A stretch of 64,000 nt of DNA from a bacterium. GTDB lineage: Bacteria > SZUA-182 > DTGQ01. The position numbers and the translations under genes were made by a program. Each line of letters begins with the position of its first letter. Within the stretch, counting starts at the first letter, position 1. The notes beneath the pieces were generated by a model. That model saw only the letters and a list, made by a program, of their open reading frames with translations. It was not told where the DNA came from and did not search any database. Of this stretch, positions 42,608-53,683 are shown piece by piece. Location of the stretch: positions 1-64,000 of the forward strand of contig JBFMGO010000015.1 in NCBI GenBank assembly GCA_040752695.1, in the 5' to 3' direction.

Positions 42608-43762
42608 TTATTTTCCTGTTTTATCCTTTTTGTGCTTATGGCTGCTGCCGCCGTGTTCCTGTTCACAGGTACAGGAGCTGCAACCGGCCCGCTCCAAAGA
42701 AGAAGGACGAGTCATCCTTGCCCAGCATCGGCCCAATCCCTCCTGGATATGCCCGATGGGGCCGGTACAGCCGTATTTGCAGACTGATCCGTCCGGCATG
42801 ATAGTGCACAGATGACTGTCCCTGGAAAGAATTTCATTGCTGCTGTGGATGCTTTCTCCAAAGGCTAATTTTAAACAGGGAGCGATCCGCCCGGCAGTGA
42901 GCCCATAAAAACGGCATTTTTCTTCAGCGTTGTTGTCCCTTGGAACATTGATTCCCCACTCCTTCACTCCCATCTTATGGAGGAGAAAGGAGAGTTGCTC
43001 GATTTCATCAAGATTATCCTGGTGAAGAGTCGTAGCCACGGAGACCACGAACCCCTCACTGCGGCACAGACCAATAGAATCGAGAGCCTGCTCGAAGGTT
43101 CCTTCCCCCCGGAGGCGTTCATGCCCCTTTTTCAGGCCATCCAGGCTGATTCGTACTTCCTGAATCCCCTTGAGAAGACGAAGCACCTCTAAAGTGACCG
43201 GCGTGTCGATGATCTGGATTATCTTTCGAAGCTTCATGCTGCTCATAAGTTCCAGGATTTGTTCTCTATCGGGGTGGAGCAGCGGCTGACCGGAAATGAT
43301 TACCTTAAGGCCCTGGAGGTGATAAAATTCGATCAATAATGTTTGGATATCAGCCGGTGACAGGTCCTGTAGCCGGGGTACATCAAGGTTGCAGTGGCTG
43401 GACTGGAAGCTTCGTCTTGAAGTGATCTTAAGGTCCAGATAGCGTAAGGATGGAGAAAACAAAAGTACAGGCTCCATGGGCCTGGGCTGAGCGTCGGTCC
43501 GCAGCTCCGGGTGCAGTTTCAGGATTCCTTCTTGCAGGCAAAAACGAAAAAATTCGGGCTCTGGCTTGAGCTGATCGATCCTTCGACTTCCATCGCATTG
43601 AATTAAAAATGCAAAGGCTGCATTATCGATTTCATAAAGTACGTCTTTCTGGATATTATAGAGATGAGGTCTCTCCAAAAGGCGGATAGTGCAGTCCGGA
43701 GAGAGAGATACGTACCTTTCCTGTTTTCTTAAGATATCTTTGCTCTTTGTTGTGTCAGCCAT
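42608..43762 (-). CDS. Degenerate radical SAM/SPASM homolog lacking CxxxCxxC, with RRE-like N-terminus
   Basis: LRYLDLKITSRRSFQSSHC in place of ..CN..C.HC; SGQPLLHP; ISLDG....H..LRG.GTF; ORF is intact. Confidence 0.75.
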   Translation of the reverse strand: MADTTKSKDILRKQERYVSLSPDCTIRLLERPHLYNIQKDVLYEIDNAAFAFLIQCDGSRRIDQLKPEPEFFRFCLQEGILKLHPELRTDAQPRPMEPVLLFSPSLRYLDLKITSRRSFQSSHCNLDVPRLQDLSPADIQTLLIEFYHLQGLKVIISGQPLLHPDREQILELMSSMKLRKIIQIIDTPVTLEVLRLLKGIQEVRISLDGLKKGHERLRGEGTFEQALDSIGLCRSEGFVVSVATTLHQDNLDEIEQLSFLLHKMGVKEWGINVPRDNNAEEKCRFYGLTAGRIAPCLKLAFGESIHSSNEILSRDSHLCTIMPDGSVCKYGCTGPIGHIQEGLGRCWARMTRPSSLERAGCSSCTCEQEHGGSSHKHKKDKTGK

Positions 43763-44193
43763 GGTATGTACTCCTTACCTATTCGGGCATCACAGGCCGC
43801 TTTTGTCCGGCCGGAAAGTTCCTATGATGCCCGATAAAAAATCCCTTTATGGCATGGCTTACGAAAAGCCATCTCACTAGCCGAACTTTTGAGCACATTT
43901 TTATTTTCCCGATTCCTCATTTCCTCAACCTCCGTTCTTACGTTAACCTGTTCAGGTTTCTCTTCCAGATTTCTTTCTTTTTCTGTTTATTACTCGGCCC
44001 TCACCTTGAGAGGGAGCTACCCAAAGAGCAGGACAAGAGTTCTCTTCTGAATGCTTTGATTGCAACGGCGTGTTCAGGATGGAGTTCATTTTTTCATCAT
44101 TGACTTTTCTGCAACATTTTGTCATTATGTTATATAAATACATCTGACCTACAAATTCATGTCATTTATCATGCCCCCAGCATAAGGAAGGTT

Positions 44194-45243
44194 ATGAAAA
44201 AAATAGTCGCCATAATGATGAGAGGCTTCCTTTCCGCAATAATAATTCTGTTCGTTGTTCATAGTGCAGCGGCAAAGATCACTTCTGATTTAGAGAAGAA
44301 GCCACCTAAAGAGAATACCAAAGAGAAGAGTGCTCCCTCTTCGAAGGATGATTCCGCCCAGGCAAAGGAGCATTTTCAAAAAGGCGTGGAATATTCCCGA
44401 TCTGATAAAGCAGATCTGGCTATCCTTGAATACCGCAAGGCATTGGAATTTGATCCTAACTTATCCCTGGCCTATGTGAATATCGGCATGAGCTATATTC
44501 AAAAGAAAGATTTTGATACTGCCGTGCAGGAATTGAAAAAGGCAATCGGAAGGGATCCGAAATTAAAAATTGCTCGTTTTAACCTCTGGTGGGCCTATCG
44601 GCAAAAGGGCAAGTACGATGAGGGAATCAGCGAGCTCAAAAAGGTCCTCGAGATAGATCCAAATGATGGTAATGCTTACCAAAACCTGGGAGACAGCTAT
44701 CTGTCCGACAAGAAGGTGTTTCCTGATGCTATACGTGCCTATGCGAAAGGACTGGCTCTCAATAAGGAGAGCGTTGCACTCCGCCAGAAACTTGGCAAGG
44801 CGTACGAGCTCAACGGTGAGTGGAGTAAAGCTGTCGAGCAGTTTCAACAGGCTATAGATTTGAACAGGACTAATCTTTATAGTTATTTATTTCTTTATAT
44901 TACACTTATGAAGACCAAGGAACATGCCAAGGCACAAGAGGTTATCAAGAAGGGCCTTGCTGTCTTTCAGAGCGATCCCCTTCTGGCCGATTCGTCTTAC
45001 AAAGATATCGCCCACCTTTTAGAGTATCTCTTGGGAAAATACCCTGAGAAGGATCTGTTGTCCATCAAAAACCCCATTATTGCATGCCAGGCCAGTTATT
45101 ACATCGGGATGAATTATCTGTTTCAGAACAAGAGCAAAGAGGCTATCCAACATTTAGAAAAAGCGATTAATGACCAGATAAATTTCATTTCCGAATATGA
45201 ATATGCAAAGATCGAGTTAGGGCTGATCCAGGTACAAAAATAA
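44194..45243 (+). CDS. Secreted TPR-repeat protein
   Basis: Signal peptide; several A...Y.KAL..DP...AY.NLG repeats. Confidence 0.85.
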   Translation: MKKIVAIMMRGFLSAIIILFVVHSAAAKITSDLEKKPPKENTKEKSAPSSKDDSAQAKEHFQKGVEYSRSDKADLAILEYRKALEFDPNLSLAYVNIGMSYIQKKDFDTAVQELKKAIGRDPKLKIARFNLWWAYRQKGKYDEGISELKKVLEIDPNDGNAYQNLGDSYLSDKKVFPDAIRAYAKGLALNKESVALRQKLGKAYELNGEWSKAVEQFQQAIDLNRTNLYSYLFLYITLMKTKEHAKAQEVIKKGLAVFQSDPLLADSSYKDIAHLLEYLLGKYPEKDLLSIKNPIIACQASYYIGMNYLFQNKSKEAIQHLEKAINDQINFISEYEYAKIELGLIQVQK

Positions 45244-45387
45244 TACTGATAACATCGCCCTTTCCTTCCGATTTATAAATATCCAGAGGGAAAAGACTGA
45301 CCATATGCCGAAAATCTGCCTTGAGGCAGGCTTTTAAGGGATATTCTCTCTGGGAAGAGGGAAGATTCGGAAAAATTGAAGCAGGGC

Positions 45388-45417
45388 TTGACAACCACCT
45401 GGACTTTCAAATAAGAT
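45388..45417 (+). promoter_or_regulatory. Possible sigma70 promoter for the tat genes
   Basis: TTGACA-N18-TAAGAT. Confidence 0.4.
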
Positions 45418-45514
45418 GATCTCGACTAAAAGATCATCTTAATAGACAAAGAATGCGTACCTTGACATCCTTGGGGTGTAGGGAAAATACCCTGGATTGA
45501 AGGAGGAAAAGAAG

Positions 45515-45961
45515 ATGTTTGGCATAGGGACCGGAGAGCTTCTTATTATCCTTGTGGTAGCCCTGATCATTATCGGGCCAAACAAACTGCCGGAGTTAGC
45601 CAGAGTACTGGGCAGGGGTCTTGCGGAATTCAGAAAGGCCGCCGATGATCTGAAATATTCCGTATCGAAGGAAATGCATATTGAGGAGGAGAAACGCAAA
45701 CTGGTGGATATCCAAAGCAGTCAGGTAATTAAGGAGACGGACAGTCAAGCAGAGAATAAAACGGAGGGTGTACAGACTGAAGGCAGATCTTCAGAGCCGG
45801 CGGCAGGAAATCCTGGTGAGCCAGGAGACGCTGGTGAGCACGTACATGGAGTTGGACACGTACATGGAGTTGAGTCAGTAAATCACTATGCGCCTGTGAA
45901 ACCAACCGATGAGAAAGGAGATAAACCCGAGGATGCTGAAAAACCAGAAGATATCCTTTGA
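45515..45961 (+). CDS. tatB: Twin-arginine translocase TatB/TatA-family subunit
   Basis: MFGIG..ELL.ILVVALI..GP.KLPELAR.LGR. Confidence 0.85.
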   Translation: MFGIGTGELLIILVVALIIIGPNKLPELARVLGRGLAEFRKAADDLKYSVSKEMHIEEEKRKLVDIQSSQVIKETDSQAENKTEGVQTEGRSSEPAAGNPGEPGDAGEHVHGVGHVHGVESVNHYAPVKPTDEKGDKPEDAEKPEDIL

Positions 45962-46694
45962 TGATAAACTTCCCGTTACGCAGCACCTGGCTGAGATTCG
46001 TCATCGGCTGATTATTGTCCTCATTGTAGTGGCGGTTTTTTTTGCCATAGTCTATACCTTCTCAGAATATATCCTGGCCTTTATCAAAGGCCCTCTTCAG
46101 GATAGTGCGTGCGAATTTATCTTCACCTCTCCTACGGAAGTTTTTTACGCACATGTAAAGATGTCGTTTTTCGTTGCCATAGCTCTTTCAGCTCCCCTCA
46201 TTTTTTATCAGATCTGGGCGTTTATCGCGCCTGGACTCCATCAAAGGGAAAAACAATACACTTTTCCCGTTATCATCTTTACCTCGGTATTTTTTATCAT
46301 CGGCCTGATCTTTGGTTCTCTGGTTATCGTGCCGTATGGCATGCGATTTTTACTGACTTATAAGGTTTCGCCTGAATTGGTGTCGGCAAAAATCAAAATA
46401 AGTGAATATCTCGATTTTTATGGCCTGACCGTATTAATCAACGGGGTTATTTTCGAGTTGCCATTTGTCGTTTTATTCCTTACCAAAGTTGGTCTGCTTA
46501 CACCGGACATGCTGACCAGAAATCATAAATGGGCTATTCTCGTCATTTTTATTGTCTCCGCGATTCTTACGCCTCCGGATATATTCTCCCAGTTTCTCAT
46601 GGCTATTCCATTAGTCATTTTGTATGAAATCAGCATCGTAGGAAGCAAGCTTGTCCACTGGCAAAAACGAAAGTCGAGCGCAAGCGAAGCTTAG
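45933..46694 (+). CDS. tatC: Twin-arginine translocase TatC
   Basis: HL.E.R.RL; YQIWAFI.PGL...EK; FELP; TPPD..SQ. Confidence 0.96.
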   Translation: MLKNQKISFDDKLPVTQHLAEIRHRLIIVLIVVAVFFAIVYTFSEYILAFIKGPLQDSACEFIFTSPTEVFYAHVKMSFFVAIALSAPLIFYQIWAFIAPGLHQREKQYTFPVIIFTSVFFIIGLIFGSLVIVPYGMRFLLTYKVSPELVSAKIKISEYLDFYGLTVLINGVIFELPFVVLFLTKVGLLTPDMLTRNHKWAILVIFIVSAILTPPDIFSQFLMAIPLVILYEISIVGSKLVHWQKRKSSASEA

Positions 46695-46771
46695 CCCGGC
46701 AGGCAAATCCTTTACGGAATTGACATACTGTTTGCATCAATAACCTGAAGAAAAAGAGAGGAAGTCTTGTT

Positions 46772-47860
46772 ATGAGTCACAAAATTACCCTGATTCCCGG
46801 AGATGGCATTGGCCCGGAGATCAGCCAGGCTACCAGGATGGTCCTGGAAGCGACCGGGGTTTCTTTCGATTGGGAAGTCGTCCATGCCGGAGCCGAGGTG
46901 ATGGACCGATACGGCACACCGCTGCCGAATGAGGTTTTGGAATCCATCCGCAGGAATAAGGTGGCCATCAAAGGACCGATCACGACTCCGGTCGGGAGCG
47001 GTTTTCGCAGTGTAAACGTTGCCCTTCGCAAGGAGTTGAATTTATATGCGTGCTTGCGCCCCTGCAAGACCTACCCCGGTGTCCGGTCCAAATATCAGGA
47101 TATCGATCTGGTCATTGTCCGGGAAAATACCGAGGATTTATATGCAGGGATCGAGTTTGAACAGGGCAGCCCGGATACCCTTAAGCTTATCCAGCTTGTC
47201 AATCAGGCTAAAGGGCTCAGTATCAGTGAAGATTCGGGAATCAGCCTTAAAAATATTTCGGTCAGGGCCACGGAGAGAATCGTGCATTATGCCTTTTTGT
47301 ATGCACGGGAAAACAATCGCCGGAAAGTGACCATTATCCATAAGGCCAATATTCTTAAGTACTCGGATGGACTTTTCCTAAAGGTTGGCCGCCAGGTGGC
47401 GGAGCATTATCCGGACATCGAAGCGGAAGACCGCATTGTGGATAACATCTGTATGCAACTGGTCCAGAAGCCGCACCTGTATGATGTGCTCGTTTTGCCT
47501 AACCTCTATGGGGATATCATCTCCGACCTTGGAGCAGGACTCGTCGGCGGACTGGGTCTGTCGCCAGGGGCCAATATCGGGGATGGAGTGGCTGTTTTCG
47601 AGCCTACACACGGCAGCGCACCAAAATATAAAGGCATGAACAAGGTCAACCCCATGGCCATGATGCTTTCGGGGGTTTTGATGCTGCGCTACCTGAAAGA
47701 GCTGGATGCTGCGGACCGGCTGGAAAAGGCTATTGCCGCCGTGATTCGAAAAGGAGAGAGGGTAACCTATGATTTATTACCCGATCTGGATATGCAAAAG
47801 GCGGCATCCACCTCTGATGTGGCTGAGGCAGTAATCCAGGTCCTTGCATCGTTATCGTGA
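46772..47860 (+). CDS. icd: Isocitrate/isopropylmalate dehydrogenase family, probably isocitrate dehydrogenase
   Basis: [47 protein letters not shown]; adjacent to mdh. Confidence 0.8.
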   Translation: MSHKITLIPGDGIGPEISQATRMVLEATGVSFDWEVVHAGAEVMDRYGTPLPNEVLESIRRNKVAIKGPITTPVGSGFRSVNVALRKELNLYACLRPCKTYPGVRSKYQDIDLVIVRENTEDLYAGIEFEQGSPDTLKLIQLVNQAKGLSISEDSGISLKNISVRATERIVHYAFLYARENNRRKVTIIHKANILKYSDGLFLKVGRQVAEHYPDIEAEDRIVDNICMQLVQKPHLYDVLVLPNLYGDIISDLGAGLVGGLGLSPGANIGDGVAVFEPTHGSAPKYKGMNKVNPMAMMLSGVLMLRYLKELDAADRLEKAIAAVIRKGERVTYDLLPDLDMQKAASTSDVAEAVIQVLASLS

Positions 47861-47909
47861 AACCCATTAAGACCCGCTAATGGAAAGAGTCAAAAAGAGT
47901 GAGGGAAAT

Positions 47910-48869
47910 ATGCAGAAAGAGAAAATTGCCATCATCGGTGCCGGGCATGTAGGTGCCACTACGGCTTATCTGTGCAGTTTGCAGGAACTTGGCGAGGTGG
48001 TACTGGTCGATATCGTTGAAGGACTTGCTCAGGGTAAGGCCCTGGATATCGAGCAGTCTCTCGCCGTTCTCCAGCGTGACACCACCATTACGGGAACGAC
48101 CGACATTTCTCAAATAGCCGGCTCCAGGGTGGTGGTGATCACTGCCGGTCTTGCCCGCAAGCCCGGCATGAGCCGGGATGATCTGGTAAAGGTCAATGGT
48201 GAAATCATCCGCGGTATTGCAGAAAAAGTAGCTGCCTCCGCTCCCGACGCCATCATTATCAATGTTACCAACCCCATGGACGCTATGACCTATCTTGTGC
48301 AAAAGGTGAGCCAGATTCCATCGCACAGGGTGCTGGGAATGGGGGGAGTTTTGGACAGCGGCCGGTTCGCAGCCGCGATCGCCCGGAAAACCAATGTATC
48401 GACAAGCCAGATATTCGCCCTGGCCATTGGCATGCATGGAGATTTAATGGTGCCCCTGCCGCGACATTCCACCATCTACGGTCAACCCCTGCCATCGGTG
48501 CTTTCCCACGATGCAATCGAGGATTTGATCAGCCAGACCATACACGGCGGAGCCAGGATCGTCAAGCTCCTTCAAACCGGCAGCGCCTATATCGCTCCGG
48601 CAGCGGCTATCGTGGAAATGCTGCGGTGCATTCTGCATGACAGAAAGAAAATTCTTCCCTGTGCAGCTTATCTTCAGGGTGAATACGGGCAGAGAGACAT
48701 TTATCTTGGGGTTCCGATACGCCTGGGCTCCCATGGGCTTGAAAAGATCGTGGAACTGGAACTGGATCCTTCGGAAAAAACAGCCTTCGAGCGGTCTGCC
48801 GAATCGGTAAGGGGAATGATTCAGGTGCTGAAAAATTCGTCCATTCTTCCAGGGCAGCATCTGAAATAA
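47910..48869 (+). CDS. mdh: Malate dehydrogenase (LDH-like)
   Basis: GAGHVG; TAG.ARKPGMSRDDL; VTNP.DAM; LDSGRF; HGD. Confidence 0.93.
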   Translation: MQKEKIAIIGAGHVGATTAYLCSLQELGEVVLVDIVEGLAQGKALDIEQSLAVLQRDTTITGTTDISQIAGSRVVVITAGLARKPGMSRDDLVKVNGEIIRGIAEKVAASAPDAIIINVTNPMDAMTYLVQKVSQIPSHRVLGMGGVLDSGRFAAAIARKTNVSTSQIFALAIGMHGDLMVPLPRHSTIYGQPLPSVLSHDAIEDLISQTIHGGARIVKLLQTGSAYIAPAAAIVEMLRCILHDRKKILPCAAYLQGEYGQRDIYLGVPIRLGSHGLEKIVELELDPSEKTAFERSAESVRGMIQVLKNSSILPGQHLK

Positions 48870-48929
48870 AAGGGGCGGTTGTCATTTATCATTAATTAAT
48901 ATATGAAACTCTCATAGCATGGAGGAGCA

Positions 48930-49349
48930 ATGGAAAAAACACTTATTATGGTTAAGCCTGATGGCGTAATCAAGGGTTCTGTCGGGAAGGTCTTGACCCA
49001 CTTTGAAGAAAAAGGATTGAAGATTGTCGCAGCCAGGATGGTGTACCTCAGTAAAGATGATGCCAAAAAGTTCTATTTTGTCCATCGTGAGCGGCCCTTC
49101 TATGATTCTTTGACCGATTTCATGTCCTCTGCCCCAATTCTGGCGGCAGTTCTGGAAGGGGAAAACGCCATCAGCCGCGTTCGGGAGATTATGGGAGCAA
49201 CCAACCCGAAAGATGCCAAGCCGGGAACGATCCGCAGCACTCTGGCGGAAAACGTAGAACGAAATGTCGTGCATGGATCAGACTCGCCGGAGTCGGCAGC
49301 CTGTGAAATCCCCTTCTTCTTCAACCAACTGGAGTTATGCTCGTATTAA
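48930..49349 (+). CDS. ndk: Nucleoside diphosphate kinase
   Basis: KPDG; MGATNP..A.PGTIR; NVVHGSDS. Confidence 0.97.
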   Translation: MEKTLIMVKPDGVIKGSVGKVLTHFEEKGLKIVAARMVYLSKDDAKKFYFVHRERPFYDSLTDFMSSAPILAAVLEGENAISRVREIMGATNPKDAKPGTIRSTLAENVERNVVHGSDSPESAACEIPFFFNQLELCSY

Positions 49350-49367
49350 CTCCTTCGAGATAAAAAG

Positions 49368-50303
49368 ATGAAAAAGGGAATAACAATTGTTGCACTCTTA
49401 GCAGTGCTCATCACCCTGTATGAGGTAGCGGACTTTCTTACCCATGGAAATATCATAGGCTATTTTTTTCAAAAAAAAGCCTCGGTTTTTCAATCTGCGT
49501 CTGATTTTACTCCCAAATACCTGGGGCTGTGGACACAGGGCGGATTGGAAATCCAAAAGTGCCGTGTGGGCAGTGTGCTTGATTTCACCGGCCTTGATCC
49601 TGCTGCGATTGTAAAGCAGGGATCACGGCTGATCTATGCAAAGAGTGATGGGAGTAATGTCGATGCATTGATGCTGACCCGCCTGGAGTGGTCGGAATCG
49701 AAAGAGGTATATATGGAAGGGGACACCATTCCCTTTCATATTGCCCCTGGGTATAAAATGAAACCCAATATGTATGAGATCATTTTCGATCCTGTTTTGA
49801 GGCAAGGCTATTATGCCTTGCATTTTGGACAGAATACGGCTGGTTATGCCTATGGGTTCATCGTTATTGATGATGCCGAGGAATCCCGATATACTGATGC
49901 GATAGGGGTCTGTGAAAATTTCTGGAAATATCTGCTGGCCGAAAAGTATTCGAAGCTGTCAGACCTTTTGAGCAGCGACTTGGCCGGAAGAGGCTCCGCT
50001 CAGGGAGCTGAACCTGCAAAGTTCAGAAGCGAAATTTTGGACAAGGTGCTCATAGCCATTAAGGGGAAATGTGAGCAGACAGACCCCTTTTGGGTGAACT
50101 TCCCTCAATATGAGGCCAAAAAAGACACACTGGAATACTCGCCTGCCCTCAGGCTGGACAAAATCCGGCCTATCAATGCAGTGAGGGGCAAGATCGTGAT
50201 ACCATATGAGGTGAACGTCATCTCGGATAAGCAAACCCGCAGCGGAGCGGAGGCGGATATAGAGGTAATGGATGGGAAAATAAGCGGCTACGAGATCTTT
50301 TAA
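49368..50303 (+). CDS. Hypothetical membrane-anchored protein
   Basis: Long ORF with N-terminal TM helix; no recognised motif. Confidence 0.65.
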   Translation: MKKGITIVALLAVLITLYEVADFLTHGNIIGYFFQKKASVFQSASDFTPKYLGLWTQGGLEIQKCRVGSVLDFTGLDPAAIVKQGSRLIYAKSDGSNVDALMLTRLEWSESKEVYMEGDTIPFHIAPGYKMKPNMYEIIFDPVLRQGYYALHFGQNTAGYAYGFIVIDDAEESRYTDAIGVCENFWKYLLAEKYSKLSDLLSSDLAGRGSAQGAEPAKFRSEILDKVLIAIKGKCEQTDPFWVNFPQYEAKKDTLEYSPALRLDKIRPINAVRGKIVIPYEVNVISDKQTRSGAEADIEVMDGKISGYEIF

Positions 50304-50388
50304 TATATTTATCTGAAGGTATTGGCTTTTATAAGAACTTGTAGTTGATCACCTTGACAGAAGTTTTTGTGATACCTTGGAGCCCAGA

Positions 50389-50823
50389 ATGGCCAAAGTC
50401 GTTGATTTCTCTGGTGCCAGCAAACGGCATTACCATGATGCAGAACTGCTTTTAACAAATAGTCGAATTCCTAATGCCGGGCATCTCTTCGGATTTGCCG
50501 CAGAATGTGGCATAAAGGCATTATTGGTTTCTTATGGGTTGCAGGTTGATAAAACAACCGGGGATATTATTGAAAAGAAACCTTTTAAATACAAAACACA
50601 TATCAATGTTCTCATAAACAATGTGCAAACCTTCCCAGGCAGCCCAGCATATTTCCAGTACGTACAAATGATGCCCAAGCTTATGGCATTCTCAAATTGG
50701 CATACAAGCCATCGGTATCACGAGGAATCTTCTATTCCGGGTTCACATAATAATTGGCATGAAGCCGCAAAGGAAGTTATAAAAATGCTCGATCAGGCAC
50801 TGGCTGACGGGGTGATCGTATGA
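50389..50823 (+). CDS. HEPN-like domain protein
   Basis: RH..DA..L; AGHL.G.AAEC.IKA; K.H; W....RY. Confidence 0.7.
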   Translation: MAKVVDFSGASKRHYHDAELLLTNSRIPNAGHLFGFAAECGIKALLVSYGLQVDKTTGDIIEKKPFKYKTHINVLINNVQTFPGSPAYFQYVQMMPKLMAFSNWHTSHRYHEESSIPGSHNNWHEAAKEVIKMLDQALADGVIV

Positions 50824-52151
50824 GAAAAAAGATTATTTTTTTCAATGATATATTAAAAAATACGGCAGACATCTTGTCAAAGCTATCATTCAAAGAAGCT
50901 CCACTCATTATTCGCGACATTTACGGACGTATTCGCCTGGCCTTTGATCGAGAAGGTAAGGATATTCGGGAATACGAGGAAGCAATTGTTAAAGAATGGA
51001 GTAATCTCGGATCTTATGGAGAACACGAAGGTAAAAAAGTTCTCTCAAGAGATGATTTTTTCGATCCTGATAGTATATTCAAGAGTGCCGATATCCTCGA
51101 TTATCAGGTTCCGGAAACTGGAAATACGATTAGAATTCTCGACCGGCCAATTACTGGCCAAGATTGGACTCGCCTTGCTTCTTCGGACATTACCCGGATT
51201 GGTGGGACATCGCGGCTGGTTTTCTATGGACTTAAGGGCGGCGTCGGTCGATCAACGGCTATGGCTATTCTGGCTTATCACCTGGCAAAGAAAGGAAAAG
51301 ACGTTCTCCTTATTGACTTTGATCTCGAATCTCCCGGTTTGTCCGGGTTGATGCTGCCACCCGATCGCATGGCAGAATTCGGCATCGTAGATTGGTTTGT
51401 TGAAGACGCGATTGGGCAGGGGAATGAAATACTTCCGGCCATGATGTCGATCTGTCCCCTATCGCAGGCGGAAGGGGTAACGGGCAAAATTCACGTCGCG
51501 GCAGCATCAGGAATGAATGAACCCGCCTACCTTGCCAAACTTTCCCGCGTATACGCGGATATACCCGGCAAGGAGGGAGGCATAGAGCGCTTTCCAGAAC
51601 GTATGGTCAGGCTTGTAAAAGCCCTTGAAGAACAGGTAAAACCAGATGTTATTCTAATTGACAGCCGAGCCGGACTGCATGATCTTGCTGCTGTGAGTGT
51701 TGTCGGCCTTGGAACAAAAACCTTTCTTTTTGCTGTCAATTCGGCTCAGACGTGGCAGGGATATCGCCTGTTATTCTCCCATTGGCAGTTTTATCCCGCT
51801 ATTGCAATAAAAGTAAGGGAACACCTAAAAATTGTCGGGACCCTTTTCCCGGAGACGAATCAGGAATCGCACGCCCGCAGTTTCCTGGAACATTCCTATG
51901 ACCTTTTTTCCTCAACTCTTTATGATGAAATTCCACCTGGCAGTGATAGCCTGAGTCCTGATGTCTTCAACTTCGATATAGGTGATCCTGAAGCTCCCCA
52001 TTACCCGCTCCGTATCAAGTGGAATGCTCGTTTTCAGGAGTTCAGTGTGAATCTCTTATCCGAAAAAATTCTTACCCATGCCGATATTGAGGCGGCCTAC
52101 GGTGATTTTTTGTCCGGTGCGGAATTACTCATTGAGGAAGAATACCTATGA
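50820..52151 (+). CDS. ParA/MinD-like ATPase, KGGVGR variant, with N-terminal extension
   Basis: FYGLKGGVGRST; IDFDLESPGL; ILIDSRAGL; ATGA overlap with the upstream gene. Confidence 0.88.
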   Translation: MRKKIIFFNDILKNTADILSKLSFKEAPLIIRDIYGRIRLAFDREGKDIREYEEAIVKEWSNLGSYGEHEGKKVLSRDDFFDPDSIFKSADILDYQVPETGNTIRILDRPITGQDWTRLASSDITRIGGTSRLVFYGLKGGVGRSTAMAILAYHLAKKGKDVLLIDFDLESPGLSGLMLPPDRMAEFGIVDWFVEDAIGQGNEILPAMMSICPLSQAEGVTGKIHVAAASGMNEPAYLAKLSRVYADIPGKEGGIERFPERMVRLVKALEEQVKPDVILIDSRAGLHDLAAVSVVGLGTKTFLFAVNSAQTWQGYRLLFSHWQFYPAIAIKVREHLKIVGTLFPETNQESHARSFLEHSYDLFSSTLYDEIPPGSDSLSPDVFNFDIGDPEAPHYPLRIKWNARFQEFSVNLLSEKILTHADIEAAYGDFLSGAELLIEEEYL

Positions 52152-53626
52152 AAAATCCTTTCCCAAGAGAAGAAACAAGACAGGCATTGCAGGATGCGTT
52201 GCCCGATACTGACCAGGCAGACTCAACACCGCAACAGGCAGCCCAGTTTACTTATGTTCCGCCAGGCCACGCGCTTGCATTGGATCCTGCAAATCCGATT
52301 GTCGAGGGGATTAGGGGCGCAGGAAAAAGCTTCTGGTGGGCTGCACTCAATTCGGAATCACACCGGCTGTTTGTTGCTTCGGCTTTTCCGAAGGCGAAAA
52401 TCGACAATAATATTATACCCTCACAAGGTTTCGGGGGCAGTCCCTCTCCTGCCATGTATCCTGGTAAGGATACCATTGCAGGACTAGCGAATGAATTCGA
52501 TGCGAGGCACATATGGCGGGCTATTATTGCTGCTCATATACAATTACCTGCTCCATTTCCTCAACAAAGCATAAACTGGCAGGAGAGAGTACGATGGGGG
52601 AAAGAACATCCAGAAGAACTTGATAATTTGCTCTATAAGAAAAATGAGGAACTTACACAACAAAACAAAGTCAGACTGATCCTTTTCGATGCACTTGATC
52701 GGCTCGCTGACGATTGGGCTGCTATCAGACCTCTTGCACGATCCCTATTTCAAGTGGCGCTTGACTTTCGGGGGTATCGGAACATTCGTCTGAAAATATT
52801 TGTACGTCCCGATATGCTTGAAGATAGAGATATCCTGGCGTTCCCTGACTCTTCCAAGCTGCTGGCTGGCAAGACCGAGCTTGTCTGGCATCGTGCCGAT
52901 TTTTACGCCCTGGTATTCCAGTGCCTGGGAAACGCAGAACCAGGGGGAGATACGTTCAGAAATCATTGCCACAGCGAATTTGGTTTATCCTGGAACCGTG
53001 CCGCAGATAACATCGCTTGGGTGCTTCCAGGTGATTTGCGCACCGATGAGAGCCTTCAGAAAGAAGTATTTCACGCTATCGCAGGTCCGGCTATGGCAAA
53101 AGGAACCAGCGGCCACAAGCGAGGGTATCCTTACACCTGGCTTCCTAATCACCTGATGGATGGGAGAAACCAGGTGAGCCCCCGCAGTTTCTGCGCTGCC
53201 CTGCGCCTCGCCTCCCGGCAGGATGTACTCAAGGATTGGAAATATCCCCTTGATTATAAGGCTATCCAGGCTGGTGTCAAGGAAGCTTCCCGTATTCGTG
53301 TTAATGAAATTCATGAGGATTATCCCTGGATAGCGAAAGTCATATCCCCTTTGCGGAATAAAATTACTGTTCCCTGCGCGGTAAGCGATATTATTACCCT
53401 CTGGAAAGATGAACGTGTTATTGATGAATTGAGAAGTGGAATAGAAGCGGGCGATATTGTTAAGCTGCCACCTCAGCATATCGATGAAGGCGCTAAGGGT
53501 GTTCTGAGAGATTTGGAAACGCTGGGTATCATTCAGTTTCTTTCAAACAATCGTATTCAAATGCCCGACGTTTATCGAATTGCTTTCAGCCTTGGCCGCA
53601 AAGGAGGCGTTAAACCTTTAAGGTAA
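52148..53626 (+). CDS. P-loop NTPase (STAND/KAP-like)
   Basis: G.RGAGKS Walker A; LILFDALDRL Walker B; K.F.R.D; PR; ATGA overlap. Confidence 0.8.
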   Translation: MKNPFPREETRQALQDALPDTDQADSTPQQAAQFTYVPPGHALALDPANPIVEGIRGAGKSFWWAALNSESHRLFVASAFPKAKIDNNIIPSQGFGGSPSPAMYPGKDTIAGLANEFDARHIWRAIIAAHIQLPAPFPQQSINWQERVRWGKEHPEELDNLLYKKNEELTQQNKVRLILFDALDRLADDWAAIRPLARSLFQVALDFRGYRNIRLKIFVRPDMLEDRDILAFPDSSKLLAGKTELVWHRADFYALVFQCLGNAEPGGDTFRNHCHSEFGLSWNRAADNIAWVLPGDLRTDESLQKEVFHAIAGPAMAKGTSGHKRGYPYTWLPNHLMDGRNQVSPRSFCAALRLASRQDVLKDWKYPLDYKAIQAGVKEASRIRVNEIHEDYPWIAKVISPLRNKITVPCAVSDIITLWKDERVIDELRSGIEAGDIVKLPPQHIDEGAKGVLRDLETLGIIQFLSNNRIQMPDVYRIAFSLGRKGGVKPLR

Positions 53627-53683
53627 TCTACTGTCGCGAAAGATTGGGGGATTGCTTTGTCTCCTGTCCTTCTTACGATTTTT

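Noticed and set aside
50820..52151. Chromosome-partitioning parA
   Set aside because: No parB nearby, variant KGGVGR motif, extra N-terminal domain, and coupling to HEPN and NTPase genes
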